Assembly (NCBI RefSeq): GCF_001194135.2
Contig: NC_068989.1
Coordinates: forward strand, 16,852,266 to 16,916,265
DNA from: Octopus bimaculoides
Taxonomy: Eukaryota
Reading direction: 5' to 3'
DNA: 64,000 nt
The number at the start of each line of letters is the position of its first letter. Position 1 is the first letter of the stretch. The position numbers were made by a program, and so were the translations under genes. This document shows positions 1-11,793 of the stretch, in pieces. The notes under the pieces were generated by a model. The model did not search any database and was not told the DNA's origin. It was given only the letters and a program-made list of their open reading frames with translations.

Positions 1-256
1 GGCTTGTGCGGGTGGCACATAAAAGACACCATTTCGAGCGTGGCCGTTTTCGTGCGGGTGACACGTAAAAGCACCCACTACACTCTCTGAGTGGTTGGCG
101 TTAGGAAGGGCATCCAGCTGTAGAAACTCTGCCAAATCAGACTGGAGCCTGGTGTTGCCATCCGGTTTCACCAGTCCTCAGTCAAATCGTCCAACCCATG
201 CTAGCATGGAAAGCGGACGTTAAACGATGATGATGATGATGATGATGATGATGATA
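1..256 (+). mobile_element. Short retroposon family A, 3' part with (GAT)n tail
   Basis: Near-identical to 12000-12328 and to the reverse complements of 37524-38130 and 40474-40915; ends cccatgctagcatggaaagcggacgttaaac(gat)n. Confidence 0.85.
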
Positions 257-529
257 TAGACCGGTCACTGGTCAATCTTATATATATGTATGTGTGTGTG
301 TGTGTCTGTGTATGTATGTATGTATGTAATGGTTGTTAAGGTGTTGGCTGCCAGTGTGCAAGATGAAAGAAGAACAGCGATCGAAGTTTTAAGCAAATGT
401 TTATTTACCGTCACTTTGTATAATGCCTTGGCTCGACGGACATTGCTAATTAGGTCACCTCAGTAGCAGAAATTATCCCTCTACTTCTAAACAGCCTCCA
501 GGGCATTTAAGGAAATCAATTTCCTGTGT

Positions 530-1460
530 GTCTGTAGACTTTATGGCTCCTGTACATCTCCCATATACAAACACCACTTTCTCCGTTAACCTTCCTACTA
601 TTCCACTGCACCTCTTTGTGTCCATAGCCTGCATTGGGTACACCAAATGGAATTCCTACCGACACCTTTCCTACATATTGAGTAGAGCCATTTACCTGGA
701 GTGGGTCCTGTCTGATTTCTTGTTTACTGGGACCTTGGTAGGTGCTAAGTTAACTTTAAGGCCCTTTGATTCCATGTTTTGTTTCCACACCCAAAATTTG
801 TTTTGTAGTTCTGTTACAGATTCTGATATGAAGCAAGGTCATCAGCAAACACTAGTTCCCAAGGGTTTCCAGTCTTAAATTGCTCTGTTGTGGCGTGGAG
901 GATGACGATGAATAGGAGGGGACTGAGACTTGGTGAACATCTACCTGTACACTAAATTCATCACTGTACTTATGGTTAACTCTTACTTTACTAACAGCAC
1001 TATTGTGCATGGCCTGTACTGCTTTCACAAGACATTTGTCCACCCCTAGCTTTCCCAGAGACCACCATATCACAGAGTGAGACACTCTGTCAAAGACTTT
1101 CTCCAGATCAACCAATGCCAAGTACAATGGCCTTATTCTTAGCTAAATATTTCTCTTGCAGTTACCTGACAATGTATATAGCATTGATAGTACTTCTCAC
1201 TGGCACAAAGCCAAACTGTATTTCATCTAGTCTAATTATGTTCCTAATTAATTGGACTATAACTCCCTCCATAGCTTGCATCACCTGGTCCAGCATGTGC
1301 CGGTTGCATGACACTGACATCAATCACATTGCCTCTGTGAGGCTCAGTGCTTATATGGTGCTTTTTATGTACCAGTTATGGGACACCAGCATCAGCCATG
1401 ATTACAATTTCACTTGGCTTGACAGGTTTTCTCATCCATGTCTTAAATCAGATTTGTTGA
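530..1460 (-). mobile_element. RTE-clade LINE reverse-transcriptase fragment, decayed
   Basis: Minus-strand YLALVDLEKVFDRVSHSVIWWSLGKLGV (RT domain) and a CRKGVGRNSIWCTQC Cys-rich segment near 620-700. Confidence 0.85.
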
Positions 1461-1818
1461 TTTATTAAGAATGCATACTGCCAGGAAAAATCGATTTTGA
1501 TAATATCCTTTGTAATTTTGCAGATAGAAGACGCCAGAAAAATTAGTAGTTCTCATCCTGGAATTAATACTATATTTCTGTCTAACTTAAGACATTCTTA
1601 TTTTAGCCAACATTTCCATATTTAATAAAATAACAGCAAGAGCTAGATTGCCAACACAGACAGGTAAACACACCTTCCAACATATATTTCAACCAGTTAT
1701 ATCTTGTGGTGGCTGTGATAAAGTATCAGTTAACTCCAAAGACCTATTTCTATTTCAGTGCCATAATACAAGCAGAACATTGTGGAACATTCTTCTCTCA
1801 AAAGATAATAGTCTCACA

Positions 1819-2083
1819 CAGGGGTTTTCAAACTGTGGTCCGCAAGGACAAGACGGGGTCCGTGGACAGCAAATACTTTTTATGGGCAATTTGATTTTAT
1901 ATATGTTTTTTAATCGAAATCTTTTAATTGACAATAAACCTGTTTGTTAAATACTGTTAAATAAATAAATGTAAAACTATATGTTATTTTAAGCAAATAT
2001 TTATGTATAAATTTCATAAGTGTTTATAAGGTAAAGCCTGAAATATAAAGGGGTCCGGAAGTCAAAAAGTTTGAAACCCCCTG
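1819..2083. mobile_element. hAT-type MITE, 265 bp
   Basis: TIRs caggggttttcaaac / gtttgaaaccccctg; 8-bp TSD gtctcaca / gtttcaca (7/8 match). Confidence 0.85.
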
Positions 2084-2675
2084 GTTTCACACACCATTTG
2101 CTTGCTTGTAATATTGGATTCCAGATAATATTTATTCAAAATATTGGTAATAGAACTAGAAGACTTGATCTTAAAGTCAAGAAAGTGTGTTGCCAAAAAA
2201 TCATTATTCAAGTATGGATGTCTTCATAAACCAGCAAAAAGATTGAAAATACCAAAACAGCCACCTACACTATCAATGAAGCAATATGATTACTGTTTTT
2301 AAAACATAGGCGTATACAACAGCCTAAGGGGTATCAAGATACAGGACTTACTATCTTTAGGGTTTTGTAAATTATATAAGCAGATACTCTACAAGAAACT
2401 GCTGATTCACCACCACAACCACTATATTTTAACCCCATCATCTCCTTGCATAAAGCTAAGCCCCACCTCCCCCACCTGTAGGTGTTTTGTATGTATGTAT
2501 GACTTGTAGGATTGCCAACCTTCCTTTCTTGTCTTGGGTAACCCTTTTGTTCTTTGTTCTCTGTGCTTGAAAAGGGAGCCATATGTCCTTTCCCTAATTT
2601 ATACTAAGCAAAACCGGAATCTGTCTGTCTGTAACATAACTTCTGGTTCAGTTTGTAACTTCCCTTCTCTCCCTC

Positions 2676-2712
<37 letters not shown>

Positions 2713-2764
2713 ACGCACAGATGCACATATATTTCACAAAACTTTTATTAACAACAAAAAATAT

Positions 2765-2990
2765 GAATCTCTATTCCTCCAGTACCCACTCAGTTGAGGG
2801 GTCTTACCTTACGAGTACTCACATGTGCAGGTGCCACATAAAAAGTACCCAGTGTGCTCTATTAAGTGGTTGGCATTATGAAGTGTGCAGAGCTGTAGAA
2901 ACTATGCCAAAGTAGACTTAGAATCTGGCGGAGCTCTCTGGCCCATCTGTTCTTGTCAAATCATCGTTAAATGATGACGACGATTCTGAT
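2765..2990 (+). mobile_element. Diverged family A retroposon
   Basis: Degenerate match to the family A 3' end (gtgccacataaaaagtaccc...gttaaatgatgacgacg). Confidence 0.65.
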
Positions 2991-3317
2991 TCCATCTTTC
3001 TCTGTATATATAACATTATGCATGTACATATATATGAATGTGACAGCGATATTCTCTGTGTCTATACGTGTGTATTTATGTACACAAACTCACATCTCTC
3101 AACAGGATCTTCAAAGACATTTAACAAAGTTAAGATACAACTTGAAAATAGGAATTTATTTCCAAAATTATTTAACATGGATTGATATCAAAACAAAGTG
3201 TTAAAGAAGGAAAGGTGGTTCTGACAAAGTTTGCTAGTAATGTTTGAGAGAGAATTTTTTTAATCTGGGGTAAAACATCAATAACAGAAAAACATTTCAG
3301 TTTTGATAAAGCAGTGT

Positions 3318-3499
3318 GTGTGGGGAGAAGACAAACACACACATATATATTATATATACACATACACACGACAGGGTTCTTTCAGCCTCAGCCTACCAAA
3401 TCTACTCACAAGGCCAATGTAGAAGACACTTGCTCCTGGTGCCATGCAGTGAAACTAAACCTAGTCATGTAGTTGGGAAACAAATGTCTTACCACACAG
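3318..3499 (-). mobile_element. Diverged tRNA-derived SINE family B
   Basis: Reverse complement of the family B head (ctgtgtggtaag...gtgtcttctac...gtgagtagatttggtag). Confidence 0.7.
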
Positions 3500-3501
3500 A
3501 A

Positions 3502-3817
3502 GGGTGGAGTGAAAATTTTTAAAATGTGGAAATTGAAAATGCCTGAGGGCTAAAATGCTGCTATATTTGATTATGAGAAAGATACTAAATTTTCATTGAA
3601 ATCAATCAAGGGCACTTACTCCCTCAAGCCCCCTAAACTCTGAAAATGGGGAAGTTTTGAAAATTTTTTTACAATAGCAGTGTTTGAAGAGGTTGAGGGA
3701 GTTAATGTCTTTCACTGATCAAAGTGAAAATTTAGCATTTTTCTATTAATCAACTATAGCAACATTTTAGCTCTTAGGCATTTTCAATTTCCACAATTTT
3801 TTATTTTCACTCCACCC
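3502..3817. mobile_element. Foldback MITE, copy 1
   Basis: Long TIRs gggtggagtgaaaat...attttcactccaccc with ~120-bp imperfect arms. Confidence 0.8.
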
Positions 3818-3862
3818 TAACACACATGTATGTGAGTGTGGGTATATAGATTATGAAATCTG

Positions 3863-4199
3863 GGGTGGAGTGAAAATAGCAAATTGTGGAAATTGAAAAT
3901 GTCCGAGACCTAAAATCTTGCTATATTGAAAATACCTAAGGGCTAAAATGTTGCTATATTTGATTAGTAGAAAAATGCTGAATTTTATCTTAGATCAGTC
4001 AAGGACATTTACTCCCTCAAACTTCGCAATTGTAAAAAATTACAAAAATCCCCATTTTTGGAGTTTAGGGGGGCACGAGGGAGGAAATGCCCTTCATTGA
4101 TTTCAGCGAAAATTTAGCATTTTTCTAGTAATGAAATATAGCAACATTTTAGCCCTCAGGCATTTTTAATTTCCACAATTTTTTATTTTCACTCCACCC
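3863..4199. mobile_element. Foldback MITE, copy 2 (same family, internal part in opposite orientation)
   Basis: Same TIRs as 3502-3817; the central ccccctaaactc/cccatttt segment is reversed relative to copy 1. Confidence 0.8.
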
Positions 4200-4226
4200 T
4201 ACCACACATGTACTGATCATATATAT

Positions 4227-4271
<45 letters not shown>

Positions 4272-4272
4272 A

Positions 4273-4326
4273 AAAATAACCAAGTTTCAAGAACTCATCG
4301 ATGAGTTCTTGAAACTTGGTTATTTT
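4273..4326. repeat. Perfect 54-bp palindrome with no spacer
   Basis: aaaataaccaagtttcaagaactcatc|gatgagttcttgaaacttggttatttt, checked base by base. Confidence 0.95.
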
Positions 4327-4566
4327 CCCTAAAACTATATATTTTAATCTATAAAGCTCGATTTAATTTTAATTTTTTATAAATTGATTTTAATTGAGTT
4401 TTTACCTGTAATTTTGGATTTTGTCCCTAATATTATTATTACATATATATATATATGTGTGTGTATGTAGTTGAGAACTTTAAGGGAATCATTTCTCCAT
4501 GCCAAATGTTCTTCAGTGTGTACCAGTTGTGGACTATGAGTTTAAATTTGCAACAGAATGATTCTT

Positions 4567-5985
4567 TCACTTTTTTCTGTTGAAAGGCTTCCTTCCTGAG
4601 TGTGTTTGCTTGTGTGTCTTTAAGATACTGCTGCTGATAAACGATTTCCCACACGTTACACAATGATAAGGTTCTTCTCCGGTGTGTATTCTTCTGTGAA
4701 TAACAAAGCTAGAACTCTGGGTAAAAGATTTCCCGCAAATCTCACAGCGAAACAGCTTCTCTCCAGTGTGCGTTCTTTTGTGTTTTGTTAAATCACCATT
4801 GGAGACAAATGATTTTCCACACGTTTCACAGTGAAACAACTTCTCTCCAGTGTGTATTCTTCTATGTATTGTCAAACTAGAGTTAGAAACAAAAGGCTTT
4901 CCACATATTTCACAACGATAGGGCTTTTCACCAGTGTGACTTCGATTGTGGTAAACAAGTTTTGAATTACTAAAGAATGATTTGCCACATACTTGACATT
5001 GAAACGGCTTTACTCCAGTATGTATTCTTTTGTGCCTGTTTAATTCACTGTTGGATATGAAAGATTTGCTACATATTTTACAATGAAATGGTTTTTCTCC
5101 AGTGTGTCTACGTTTGTGAACCACAAGATCAGAATTTCTAACGAATGATTTTCCACAAATTTCACAATTATAAGGCTTATTACCAGTGTGTGTCATTGCA
5201 TGCGTTTTTAAAAGACTGTGAGTGGTAAATGATTTTCCACATATTACACAACGATAAGGTTTTTCCCCCGTGTGTATCCTTGAATGTCTGCTTAAATTAC
5301 CATTTGAGACAAAAGACTTCCCACAAATATCACAGCAGTATGGTTTTTCACCAGAATGTAAGCGTTTGTGTCTGTTTAAGTGACAATTAGAGGCAAAAGA
5401 TTTTCCACATATTTTACAACAGTAAGGTTTTTCTCCAGTGTGACTACGTTTGTGGATAACAAGATTCGAACTACTAATGAAAGATTTGCCACATATCTCA
5501 CAGCGATTCGGTTTTTCTCCTGTGTGTAATGTTTTGTGTTTTTTTAAATAACAATTGTCCACGAAAGATTTCCCGCATATTTCACAGCTAAAGGGTTTTT
5601 CTCCAGTATGACTACGTATGTGAACAACAAGATTCGAATTCTTCATGAAAGATTTCCCACAAATTTTACAAAGGAAAAGTTTTTCCCTAGTGTGAATCCT
5701 TCTGTGTTTTGTTAATTTCGTCCGTGAAACAAAATATTTCCCACACATTTCACAATGATAGGGGTTTTCCTTGTGTGTTTCTTTGTGTTTGAAGGCTTCA
5801 TGTTTTGAAGGATATGTTTTCTTACAAATCTCACAGCAAAATTCTGGAACATTTCTGTGTGATGATCTTTGCACAGAAAAGGTTTTACTTCGTAAAGATT
5901 TTTCATTGCTGTATGTCTGTTTAACTGTATTTGTATTGGTAAAAACAATTGTGTTAGAAGTGTTCAAGTTATTAACATCTCCCAT
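4567..5985 (-). CDS. C2H2 zinc-finger protein ZNF-1 (Type I), 472 aa, 15 fingers
   Basis: ORF with 15 tandem CxxC-x12-HxxxH motifs joined by TGEKP-type linkers; ~50-aa N-terminal leader without a recognisable effector domain. Confidence 0.95.
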   Translation of the reverse strand: MGDVNNLNTSNTIVFTNTNTVKQTYSNEKSLRSKTFSVQRSSHRNVPEFCCEICKKTYPSKHEAFKHKETHKENPYHCEMCGKYFVSRTKLTKHRRIHTREKLFLCKICGKSFMKNSNLVVHIRSHTGEKPFSCEICGKSFVDNCYLKKHKTLHTGEKPNRCEICGKSFISSSNLVIHKRSHTGEKPYCCKICGKSFASNCHLNRHKRLHSGEKPYCCDICGKSFVSNGNLSRHSRIHTGEKPYRCVICGKSFTTHSLLKTHAMTHTGNKPYNCEICGKSFVRNSDLVVHKRRHTGEKPFHCKICSKSFISNSELNRHKRIHTGVKPFQCQVCGKSFFSNSKLVYHNRSHTGEKPYRCEICGKPFVSNSSLTIHRRIHTGEKLFHCETCGKSFVSNGDLTKHKRTHTGEKLFRCEICGKSFTQSSSFVIHRRIHTGEEPYHCVTCGKSFISSSILKTHKQTHSGRKPFNRKK

Positions 5986-6974
5986 ATTAATTCTCAGAGA
6001 ATTCTTAAAAGCCGAGAAATGTCCTGGTAATCTATTACGGTTCGCTTTCTTGATATGATAGAATACTGTTTATATATAACAGGTATATTTTTTACTTACT
6101 ATTAAAATGCGTCTTGCAGAATGGGTCCAGTTCACGAGACACTGTAGACGTTTTCAGTTCTGTACATATACGTGCGTGTGTAGTCCAAATGAAAGAACAA
6201 AGCGTAGAAAAGTACACAGTGTTTAAACTATCAGGTATTTCATGGCTAATTGAAATATATAATAATGCAAATGATGTAACACTAATTCTGAAACATGCAG
6301 GATACTACATGTATCCACAGACATTAAGGGCTGTCCTGCATTCTTTTAAAAGTTGATCTGGTCGCTGATATCCCTAGCTATTATGGGGAAAGGAAAAGCG
6401 CACGGAATGGTGTGGTTGTATAGCGAAATACAACTGTTTAAAGAACACTTATATACCGTAACCTGAGATAACTATTACACATGATATTTCGTTAGCAAAA
6501 CTAATTACAACAGACTAGGTAGGCGGTGAAGTTGAAACTAATACCCCACTCTAGTGGATGACATCAGTGCTATAAGTTTGAGTACCAAACATGAATTAAA
6601 GACTCTTAACTTCGCCCGCTGAAATAAGTGCATTACGTAGGTCATTTGCGAGTCAAAACGAAGGATCACCATAATTATTTTTTATCAGAATTTTAATTTT
6701 TTAGGAATACAAAAAAAAGAAAGAAAAATATTTAAACAAACAACGAGTCCGGCCATCCTTTCGTAGTGAACTACAAACAAATGACACCGTCAGGATGCTA
6801 TTATTTACGTAGCAGCAAAAGCGAGGGGAAAGTAAACATGTACAAAGATACAGTATTTTGGAGAACTCGAAGCAAGTGTGATATAGATATCCACGGAATA
6901 GTGCTCAGATATATGAGAACTTAAACTCTAATTCCTTCATCCAGAGCGGGTGCCTCTGGGTGATATTTATGTCC

Positions 6975-7108
6975 TTATTGCCCACAAAGGGATAAACATA
7001 GAGGGGACAAACAAGGACAGACAAAGGGATTAAGTCGATTACATCGACTCCAGTGCGTAACTGGTACTTGTTTAATCGACCCCGAAAGGATGAAAGGCAA
7101 AGTCGACC
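6975..7108 (-). mobile_element. SINE fragment with a Meta/MESC-like central domain
   Basis: Minus strand reads ggtcgactttgcctttcatcctttcggggtcgattaaacaagtaccagt; same family as 59361-59575. Confidence 0.7.
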
Positions 7109-7370
7109 TTACGGGTAGGACAGTTTGCCCAAATGTGGCCTTTCTGTCCACATTCGAAGCACCGGGGTCTTCTCCCCTCCACCATTACCCGTAAGGTGCT
7201 TTCTTCTCCGAGGTATATATTTCCACGATCTTTTCTAGGGTCTGTGGCGCCGCTTAGATGATGACCACGAGGCCTTGCCCCTTCCAGTTCAGCTGGTGGA
7301 TTTTTGAGGCCTCTAATATCGTTATTTCTTCTTCGAGCCCCAATAGTAGGGCTGGGAGTAGCTTTGGTTT
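7105..7370 (-). mobile_element. Retroelement ORF1/gag fragment with a CCHC zinc knuckle
   Basis: Minus strand reads LRVMVEGRRPRCFECGQKGHIWANCP (CX2CX4HX4C); GC-rich relative to the flanks. Confidence 0.65.
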
Positions 7371-7374
7371 GTTT

Positions 7375-7625
7375 TCAAGCTAGGAATTTCTTTTCCAAGT
7401 TTGCTATTGATTCAACTATAAGAACTAGGTCACATATACATGAATTCTCAAGAGTAGCAAGTCTCAAACCCTTCTGTTATGGCTTGGAAGTGAAGTGACG
7501 ATTGACCTCTGATGTATCCCTACCTTCATGTTGAATTCATCACTATGTACATTACTCTCACCTTACTGACTGCACTTTTTGATATTGCTTGTACAGCTCT
7601 CACAAGCTATTCATCTACTCTGAGT
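7375..7625 (-). mobile_element. RTE LINE RT fragments, decayed
   Basis: Minus-strand DLVLIVESIANLEKKFL and LVRAVQAISKSAVSKVRV, homologous to the RT at 850-1130. Confidence 0.6.
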
Positions 7626-9534
7626 GTAAAATTCAATTAGTATAATAATAGATAAAATAAGTAAGTTTATCCTCGATTTTACTCAAAGAGTATAAGATGT
7701 GTTTAAGCCTTTTTATAGAAGATTAATAACTGATTAGAATTGAAGAATTTCCTGTTTCTGAAAAAGGTCAGTTTTGGAGATGCAGATTTAGTTATGTTGG
7801 TCACTAGGTCACTAGGAAAACTCATCTGATAGCAAGATCTATTATTTGTGGTGATTCTGAAAGGTTTTAACTGCATGCTGTCCAAAACTAGAGAGGGTGA
7901 AGTACAAGATTACTTCCTTGATATGAACAGTTTCTCTGTCTTTGAGATGATGGGGCTAGATTGTCACAAATATAGGTTTGATGGGTCATTACAGTCTGAG
8001 TCTGTTCTTATTCAGAATTCAACTCACCTAGACAAGTGAGAGGACTATATCTCACTCATAAAGACAATATGTGTCACATTTTAATTGCATCATGAATTAA
8101 TTATATTACATTGCTTCCAGGTTACTACTGTCAACATATTGACTACATTACTGCTATTATCATTTATTATATACTAAATTATCTTACAATCTCTAATATT
8201 TAATAATTAATATGAAATAACATCAACAAATTATATAGCTTTAAAGTAAACAATTGAAGATCAGTTTGGATAAATATGCAAGTCTTAATTCTATTTATGA
8301 TCAGTACAAGTTTTAATTAGATCTTCTACATATAAAATGAGAAAAGAATAATTTCAAGATAAAACAGCTTTATTTAAATTTCAGAGTGATGTGGTCACAA
8401 TTTTGGGTAGCAGACACAAGTTTGAAAAAACATGGCAATAACTTGTATGACAGACATGTCTAACCAAAATGGATATTGACGAAGATGATGATTCACAAAT
8501 TGTACCAACCACTTTGCATTTTTATTAAGTTAAATGTTACACTGATACTTCCAAATTAACATTTAGCTTTGCCATCATGTCACAAAGGAATCATGTAATA
8601 AAAGGAAATATTTGTTCATTTATTTCTCCATGCCAACACAGGTTGGACAGAGTTTTACAGATGCAGTATTTTAAAACTAGATGGACTTCCTGTTGTCAAT
8701 TCTTTCATGTTTTTCAAGCAAGGGTTTTTTAAAATCCTACATCATCATCATCATTTGATGTCTATTTCTCATGCTGGTATGGATAAGATAGTTTGACAGG
8801 GTCTGACGAGCTGCAGAGCTGCATCAGGTTCCAGTGTCAGCTTTGACATGGTTTCTGTTGTTGGACATCTTTCCTAATGTCACAAGGCTTTGAAAGTGTA
8901 GAGCTACAAGATATTGCTTACATGACATCCATGTTTTTCTCAGACAATGACAGATTGTAAGCACTGGAAGAAGACATTTGATAAAGATGTCACACAGAGA
9001 TGAAACCTGAAATCACGTTACCAGCAAACTCCACATCCATGCCTATGTAACAAAATTATATAGATCTTAGGAACAACAGAATCATTTGTTTGTGGGGGTA
9101 CATACATAATGAAATGTCAACAATAGCATATATAAGACACATGAAAGAATATATAATATCTAGAATATAAATAAACTGTTATATGTTTATATCATTATAT
9201 ATTTCTCAAAGAATTTACCTACAATCTCAAATAAATAAGTAGTATTTTATTTCTCTTCTGGAAATATGTTAGATGCAATATATATTAGTATTCTGAAAGA
9301 ATATTTTTATTCATAATATCAGTGTGGTAAGTTTTCTCACAAATATATAGTTGTTATATAAAAAACAAAAAAAGTGTCTGAAAGTAGTTATACTGTTACA
9401 TGTTCATTCCCATCTGAATGCATTTATTGTGAATTATATTTCTTTCATAGAACAAAATTTGATATATTTCTGTGTAGTTTATTTATGCATTTTTTTTTTT
9501 GAGAGAGAGAATCTGACCTAACACAATAGTTATA

Positions 9535-9706
9535 TGTAAGATGCAGAAATAAATTTATTTCTCAAACGTGTGATAATGCTATAAATAGCGTGATCAGGAT
9601 AACGTATCCATTTATTGCAGAAAAATACGTTACTGGCCAACCGTGAGACTCGAATTCACATCTCTGTGATTATGCATCAAGTGTTTTACCATTAAACTAA
9701 ACTGCC
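9535..9706 (-). mobile_element. tRNA-derived SINE with a degenerate tRNA head (CAT in the anticodon loop)
   Basis: 9706-9634 folds a D-arm (GTTT/AAAC, A-box tagtttaatggt) and a T-arm (GTGA/TCAC, B-box-like ttcgagtc). The acceptor stem is broken and non-tRNA sequence follows. Confidence 0.55.
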
Positions 9707-9729
9707 CAGCAACGAATTCTTCTGCAATT

Positions 9730-9791
9730 TTAGAACTTATAAATTTAGCTTCATGAAGTTGAATTTATGAAGCTAAATTTATAAGTTCTAA
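9730..9791. repeat. Perfect 25-bp inverted repeat with a 12-nt loop
   Basis: ttagaacttataaatttagcttcat (9730-9754) / atgaagctaaatttataagttctaa (9767-9791). Confidence 0.95.
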
Positions 9792-9864
9792 TACAGCTCA
9801 ACGCTTCTAAAAAAAAAAAGAACAAACTTTGTTTGTTTACTTTCATTGTAATAGTTATATGGTT

Positions 9865-10674
<810 letters not shown>

Positions 10675-11051
10675 TTAAGTTCCTCTCATAAATCATTTTT
10701 CTATACTTTTTCTTTTTTCACCACAATATAAGGATATTTTTCTTCTTTTTACTTTTATATTTTGACCAGTACAAATATTTCTACTGGTTTACTTCCATCA
10801 ACTGATATCTTTGTCAGTATCTGAAGATACTGTGATTTCCTTTGTAAAGTTTTCTCAAGTTTCATTAGAATCTCAAATCATCTATTACTTTTTCTAGGCA
10901 GCAAAAGTTGGGAAATTTTGCTTTTAATGTCAGTTCAAGTAAATATTCCACAGGAATTCTACCATGAATTTAAATAAACAAAGTTGCATAAGTTTGGTAT
11001 AGCATCTTCCTTAAGCCTTTGCATAATAATATGCCAACTTCATTTGGTATT

Positions 11052-11075
11052 CTGAAATAATAACATAAAAACAGA
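11052..11075 (-). promoter_or_regulatory. Putative 3' splice acceptor of the ZNF-2 coding exon
   Basis: Minus strand reads ...tgttattatttcag|aatacca; the exon start matches ZNF-4's tttttcag|gaatacca. Confidence 0.55.
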
Positions 11076-11793
11076 ATATGATACAGAGGATATTTTAAAA
11101 ATAGAGAGATAACAGTGTAAATCTTACTATATTTCTATACTGATAAACTGTTGATATATAATTTTACCTAACCAATTGAATCCTATTCCTTAATTTATTA
11201 TAAAAATTACATCATACAACCATGTATGAAGTCTACATATACTTGTAAATTATAGCCCTAGCTTCAGATTGTTTAATATTATATAAGTTAAACTACTGAA
11301 TAAGAAATGATAATTATCTGTGCATATCCAGAAACATCATTTGCCATTGTGTTTTCGCTTTTGTTAAATCCAAGGTGAAGACCATCACTTCTCATGAGCA
11401 TTATATATTGAGGACTTCATTATCTTGTGTCTCTCTCTTTCAAGTAGATGAAGACAGACACAAAACACTCAGGTATTGGATACAGTTCATTATCATCATT
11501 ATTGTTTTAACATCCACTTTTCTATGCTCGCATAGATCAAACAGAATTTGTTGAGGCAGGTTTTCTACAGACAGATATCCTTCCAGTCACTAACTCTCCT
11601 GTTTCCAAGTAAGGTAATATTTCCTCATAGCCAAACATGTTTTTCAGGGAAGACTGGAAAAAACAACATTGCTTGTATGATAGTGAGGTTTGTTTACAGC
11701 CATCATGTGATGTCAAGACATACATGCATGTATATACATAAATATGAAAGTTTTAGGCTTTATATATATGTATATATATATATATATATATAT

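Noticed and set aside
7107-7196. 11-bp inverted repeat (ccttacgggta / tacccgtaagg) suggesting a mini-transposon
   Set aside because: It lies within the zinc-knuckle coding fragment, has no TSD, and is short enough to be chance.
9634-9706. Functional tRNA-Met gene
   Set aside because: The acceptor and anticodon stems have several mismatches, the loop starts TG rather than CT, and it continues into SINE-like body sequence.
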